Origin: Myxococcota bacterium
Lineage (GTDB): Bacteria; Myxococcota_A; UBA9160; JAFDDA01
DNA: 64,000 bases
Assembly (NCBI GenBank): GCA_965228475.1
Contig: OZ245817.1
Coordinates: 4,768,262 to 4,832,261 of the forward strand
Direction: 5' to 3'
Under the pieces are notes generated by a model, which was given only the letters and a program-made list of their open reading frames with translations, did no database searches and was not told where the DNA came from. A program made the translations under genes and the position numbers. Shown here piece by piece: positions 61,837 through 64,000 of this stretch (position 1 is its first letter; every line of letters begins with the position of its first letter).

Positions 61837-63264
61837 ATGGTGGCGAAGAAGCCCTGGGCTGGCCGGTTCGGCCAGGCAACAGACCCTGCCGTCGAGCGGT
61901 TCAGCGCCTCGGTCCACTTCGACCGGGCCCTGGCCCGCTACGACCTGCGCGCCTCCCGGGCCCACGCCCGGATGCTGGCCGCCCAGGAGCTGATCTCCGC
62001 GGCGGACCGGGACGCCATCCTAAAGGGTCTCGACGACCTCGAAGCCGACATGGCGGAGGGCCGCTTCGACTACGACCCCGCGCTCGAAGACATCCACATG
62101 AACGTGGAGACCCGGCTGCGCGAGCGGATCGGCGACGCGGCGGCCCGGCTCCACACCGGCCGCAGCCGCAACGACCTCGTCGCGACGGACCTCGCGCTCT
62201 ACCTGCGCGAGACGAGCCTGGCCGCGGAGCAGGGTCTCGTCGAGATGCGGCAGGTCCTGTGTGAGCAGGCCCGCGAGCACGTCGATACGGTGCTGCCCGG
62301 CTACACGCACCTGCAGCGCGCCCAGCCCGTGCGGCTCGCCCACCACTGGCTCGCCTACTGCGAGATGTTCGAGCGCGATGGCGAACGCTTCGCCGGCGTT
62401 CGCGAGCGCGTGCGGCGCTGCCCGCTTGGCTCCGGCGCCCTCGCCGGCAGCACGCTGCCCCTCGACCGCGACGCCACCGCCCGCGAGCTCGGCTTCGACG
62501 AGCCGACGCGCAACAGCCTCGACACCGTGGCCGCGCGCGACGCCGCCCTCGAGTTCCTCTCGGCGGGAGCGATCGCCATGGTGCACCTCTCGCGGCTCGC
62601 CGAGGAGCTCGTGCTGTGGTCGACGGCGGAGTTCGGCTTCATCGAGCTCTCGGACGCCTATTCGACGGGCTCGAGCCTGATGCCCCAGAAGAAGAACCCG
62701 GACGTCCCGGAGCTCGTGCGCGGCAAGGCCGGGCGCGCCGTCGGGAACCTCGTCTCCCTGCTCACCGCGGTGAAGGGCCTTCCGCTGACCTACAACCGCG
62801 ACCTCCAGGAGGACAAGGAGCCGATCTTCGACACGGCGAACACCCTGCGGGATTCGCTGCGCGTCATGGCCGGCGCGGTGGCGACGCTGCGCGTACAAAT
62901 TGACGGGATGCGGGCCGCGGCCGAAGACCCGATGCTTCTGGCGACGGACCTGGCCGAGGTGCTGGTCCGCGAGGGCGTTCCCTTCCGGGACGCCCACGAG
63001 GTGGTCGGCCGGGTGGTCGGCCACTGTGTGGAGAAGGACGTGAGCCTGCGCTCGCTCTCGCGCGAAGACCTGGTGGCGTTCCATCCGAGCTTCCCGGATG
63101 GCGCGGATGCCCTGCTCGATCTCGACCGCTCCCTCGAGCAGCGGAGCCTCGCCGGAGGCACCGCCCGGCCGAACGTGCTGGCCGCCCTCGAACGGGAGGA
63201 GGCGGCGACGAGCGCGCGGGCTGCGGAGCTTGCGGCAATGACCTCGGAAGGGAACGCGGAGTGA
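61837..63264 (+). CDS. argH: argininosuccinate lyase
   Basis: ORF 61837..63264. Motifs WAGRF, TGRSRNDLVATD, GSSLMPQKKNPD. Confidence 0.95.
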   Translation: MVAKKPWAGRFGQATDPAVERFSASVHFDRALARYDLRASRAHARMLAAQELISAADRDAILKGLDDLEADMAEGRFDYDPALEDIHMNVETRLRERIGDAAARLHTGRSRNDLVATDLALYLRETSLAAEQGLVEMRQVLCEQAREHVDTVLPGYTHLQRAQPVRLAHHWLAYCEMFERDGERFAGVRERVRRCPLGSGALAGSTLPLDRDATARELGFDEPTRNSLDTVAARDAALEFLSAGAIAMVHLSRLAEELVLWSTAEFGFIELSDAYSTGSSLMPQKKNPDVPELVRGKAGRAVGNLVSLLTAVKGLPLTYNRDLQEDKEPIFDTANTLRDSLRVMAGAVATLRVQIDGMRAAAEDPMLLATDLAEVLVREGVPFRDAHEVVGRVVGHCVEKDVSLRSLSREDLVAFHPSFPDGADALLDLDRSLEQRSLAGGTARPNVLAALEREEAATSARAAELAAMTSEGNAE

Positions 63265-63422
63265 GGAGTTCGACCCCTGTGCGCTCGACGAAACGATGGA
63301 CGGCAGGGATCCTGGCTCTCGCCCTCGCGGCAAGCGTTGCGGCGTGCGGCCGGTACGGGCCGCCGGAGCCCTACCCGCCGGACCGGCCCGCCGCCGAGGA
63401 AGAAGAGGAGGAGCGGCGGTGA
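63261..63422 (+). CDS. lptM: small lipoprotein, LptM (YifL)-like
   Basis: Below the track cut-off. Hand translation from the GTG at 63261 (overlapping the argH stop, GTGA) gives VRSSTPVRSTKRWTAGILALALAASVAACGRYGPPEPYPPDRPAAEEEEEERR. It has a lipobox followed by a CG..GP motif, and sits in the classic position just upstream of lysA. Alternative GTG at 63279. Confidence 0.5.
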   Translation: MRSSTPVRSTKRWTAGILALALAASVAACGRYGPPEPYPPDRPAAEEEEEERR

Positions 63423-64000
63423 GCGTGCCCGAAGCCTTCACCCGCCGCGGCGGGCACCTCTTCGCGGAGGACGTCTCCCTCGACGCGCTCGCCGAGCGCT
63501 TCGGCACGCCGCTGTTCGTCTACAGCGCGACCGCCCTGGCCGGCGCCTATGACGCGCTCGACCAGGCCCTCGGCGACGTGCCCCACACGCTCTGTTACTC
63601 GATCAAGACGAACATGAACCTCGCGGTGGTGCGCACGCTCGTGGCGCGCGGCGCGGGCATCGACGTGACCTCGGGCGGCGAGCTCTTCCGCGCGCTCAAG
63701 GCCGGCGCCTCGCCGGAGAAGATCGTCTACTCGGGCGTCGGCAAGCGCGACGACGAGATCGACGCCGCGCTCGAGGCCGGCATCAAGATGTTCAACGTGG
63801 AATCGCGTGCGGAGCTGCGGCGCATCGACGCCGTGGCCGGCGCCCGCGGCGTGCGCGCGCCCGTCGCCTTCCGCGTGAACCCGGACGTCGACCCGCAGAC
63901 CCACCCCTACATCTCGACCGGGCTCAAGACCAGCAAGTTCGGCATCCCCTGGGGCGAGGCGAGCGATGCCTACGCCGAGGCCAAGGCCCTCGAGCACGTC
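63419..64000 (+). CDS. lysA: diaminopimelate decarboxylase, N-terminal part (runs off the window end)
   Basis: Not in the track because there is no stop. The GTG at 63419 overlaps the preceding stop (GTGA). Hand translation gives VSVPEAFTRRGGHLFAEDVSLDALAERFGTPLFVYS...LCYSIKTNMNLAVV...SGGEL, typical of group IV PLP decarboxylases. Confidence 0.85.
   Translation, partial: MSVPEAFTRRGGHLFAEDVSLDALAERFGTPLFVYSATALAGAYDALDQALGDVPHTLCYSIKTNMNLAVVRTLVARGAGIDVTSGGELFRALKAGASPEKIVYSGVGKRDDEIDAALEAGIKMFNVESRAELRRIDAVAGARGVRAPVAFRVNPDVDPQTHPYISTGLKTSKFGIPWGEASDAYAEAKALEHV

Overview
This is a 64-kb window of a high-GC bacterial chromosome. Hand counts of a few 60-nt lines give about 70-75% GC in core genes. 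The gene content is compatible with a Myxococcota/deltaproteobacteria-like organism (many sigma-54, His-kinase and PilZ signalling genes, M23 peptidases, one MYXO-CTERM-like sorting tail), but taxonomy cannot be proven from this sequence. About 70 protein-coding genes are supportable. I found no rRNA, no intact tRNA/tmRNA, no CRISPR array, and no transposase or integrase. The backbone genes, in order, are: a ParA/MinD-like ATPase with a J-like/HTH protein; HNH endonuclease; selA; RNase E/G; rplU-rpmA-obg-proB; then the island and a redox block; then proA-nadD-rsfS-gpmI; comF; a redox/signalling block (PAS-HisKA-REC, Grx-TrxR fusion, REC-PAS, gshA); peptidases; a sigma-54 signalling locus (AAA+/His-kinase fusion, NtrC-type regulator, sigma-54 promoter, REC, PilZ); tatA-tatC; metabolic genes (biotin carboxylase, malic enzyme, acyl-CoA dehydrogenase, IclR); lspA; PBP1A; and argH-lptM-lysA. 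The standout is a roughly 7.3-kb lower-GC island (about 9355-16676; sampled lines 52-62% GC) inserted directly after proB. It is bracketed by a 16-bp imperfect direct repeat that resembles a tRNA/tmRNA 3' end, and it has no integrase. The island carries three modules. (i) An AbiEi/AbiEii-like pair. (ii) A tightly coupled four-gene ubiquitin-like cassette: a single-domain 'multiubiquitin'-type Ubl, an E2-fold protein with no cysteine, a JAB(JAMM)-E1(ThiF) fusion, and a DUF6527-like Cys/His-cluster protein. (iii) An upstream coupled trio: a sigma-70/ECF-like sigma factor, an XRE-HTH protein and an ImmA/IrrE HExxH metalloprotease. A 35-nt promoter-like motif is shared between the regions upstream of the sigma trio and the Ubl cassette. 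This suggests a self-contained, protease-gated regulatory circuit driving a poorly characterised bacterial ubiquitination-like, probably antiviral, system. All functional calls rest on motifs I recognise by eye in the supplied translations. No database search was run.
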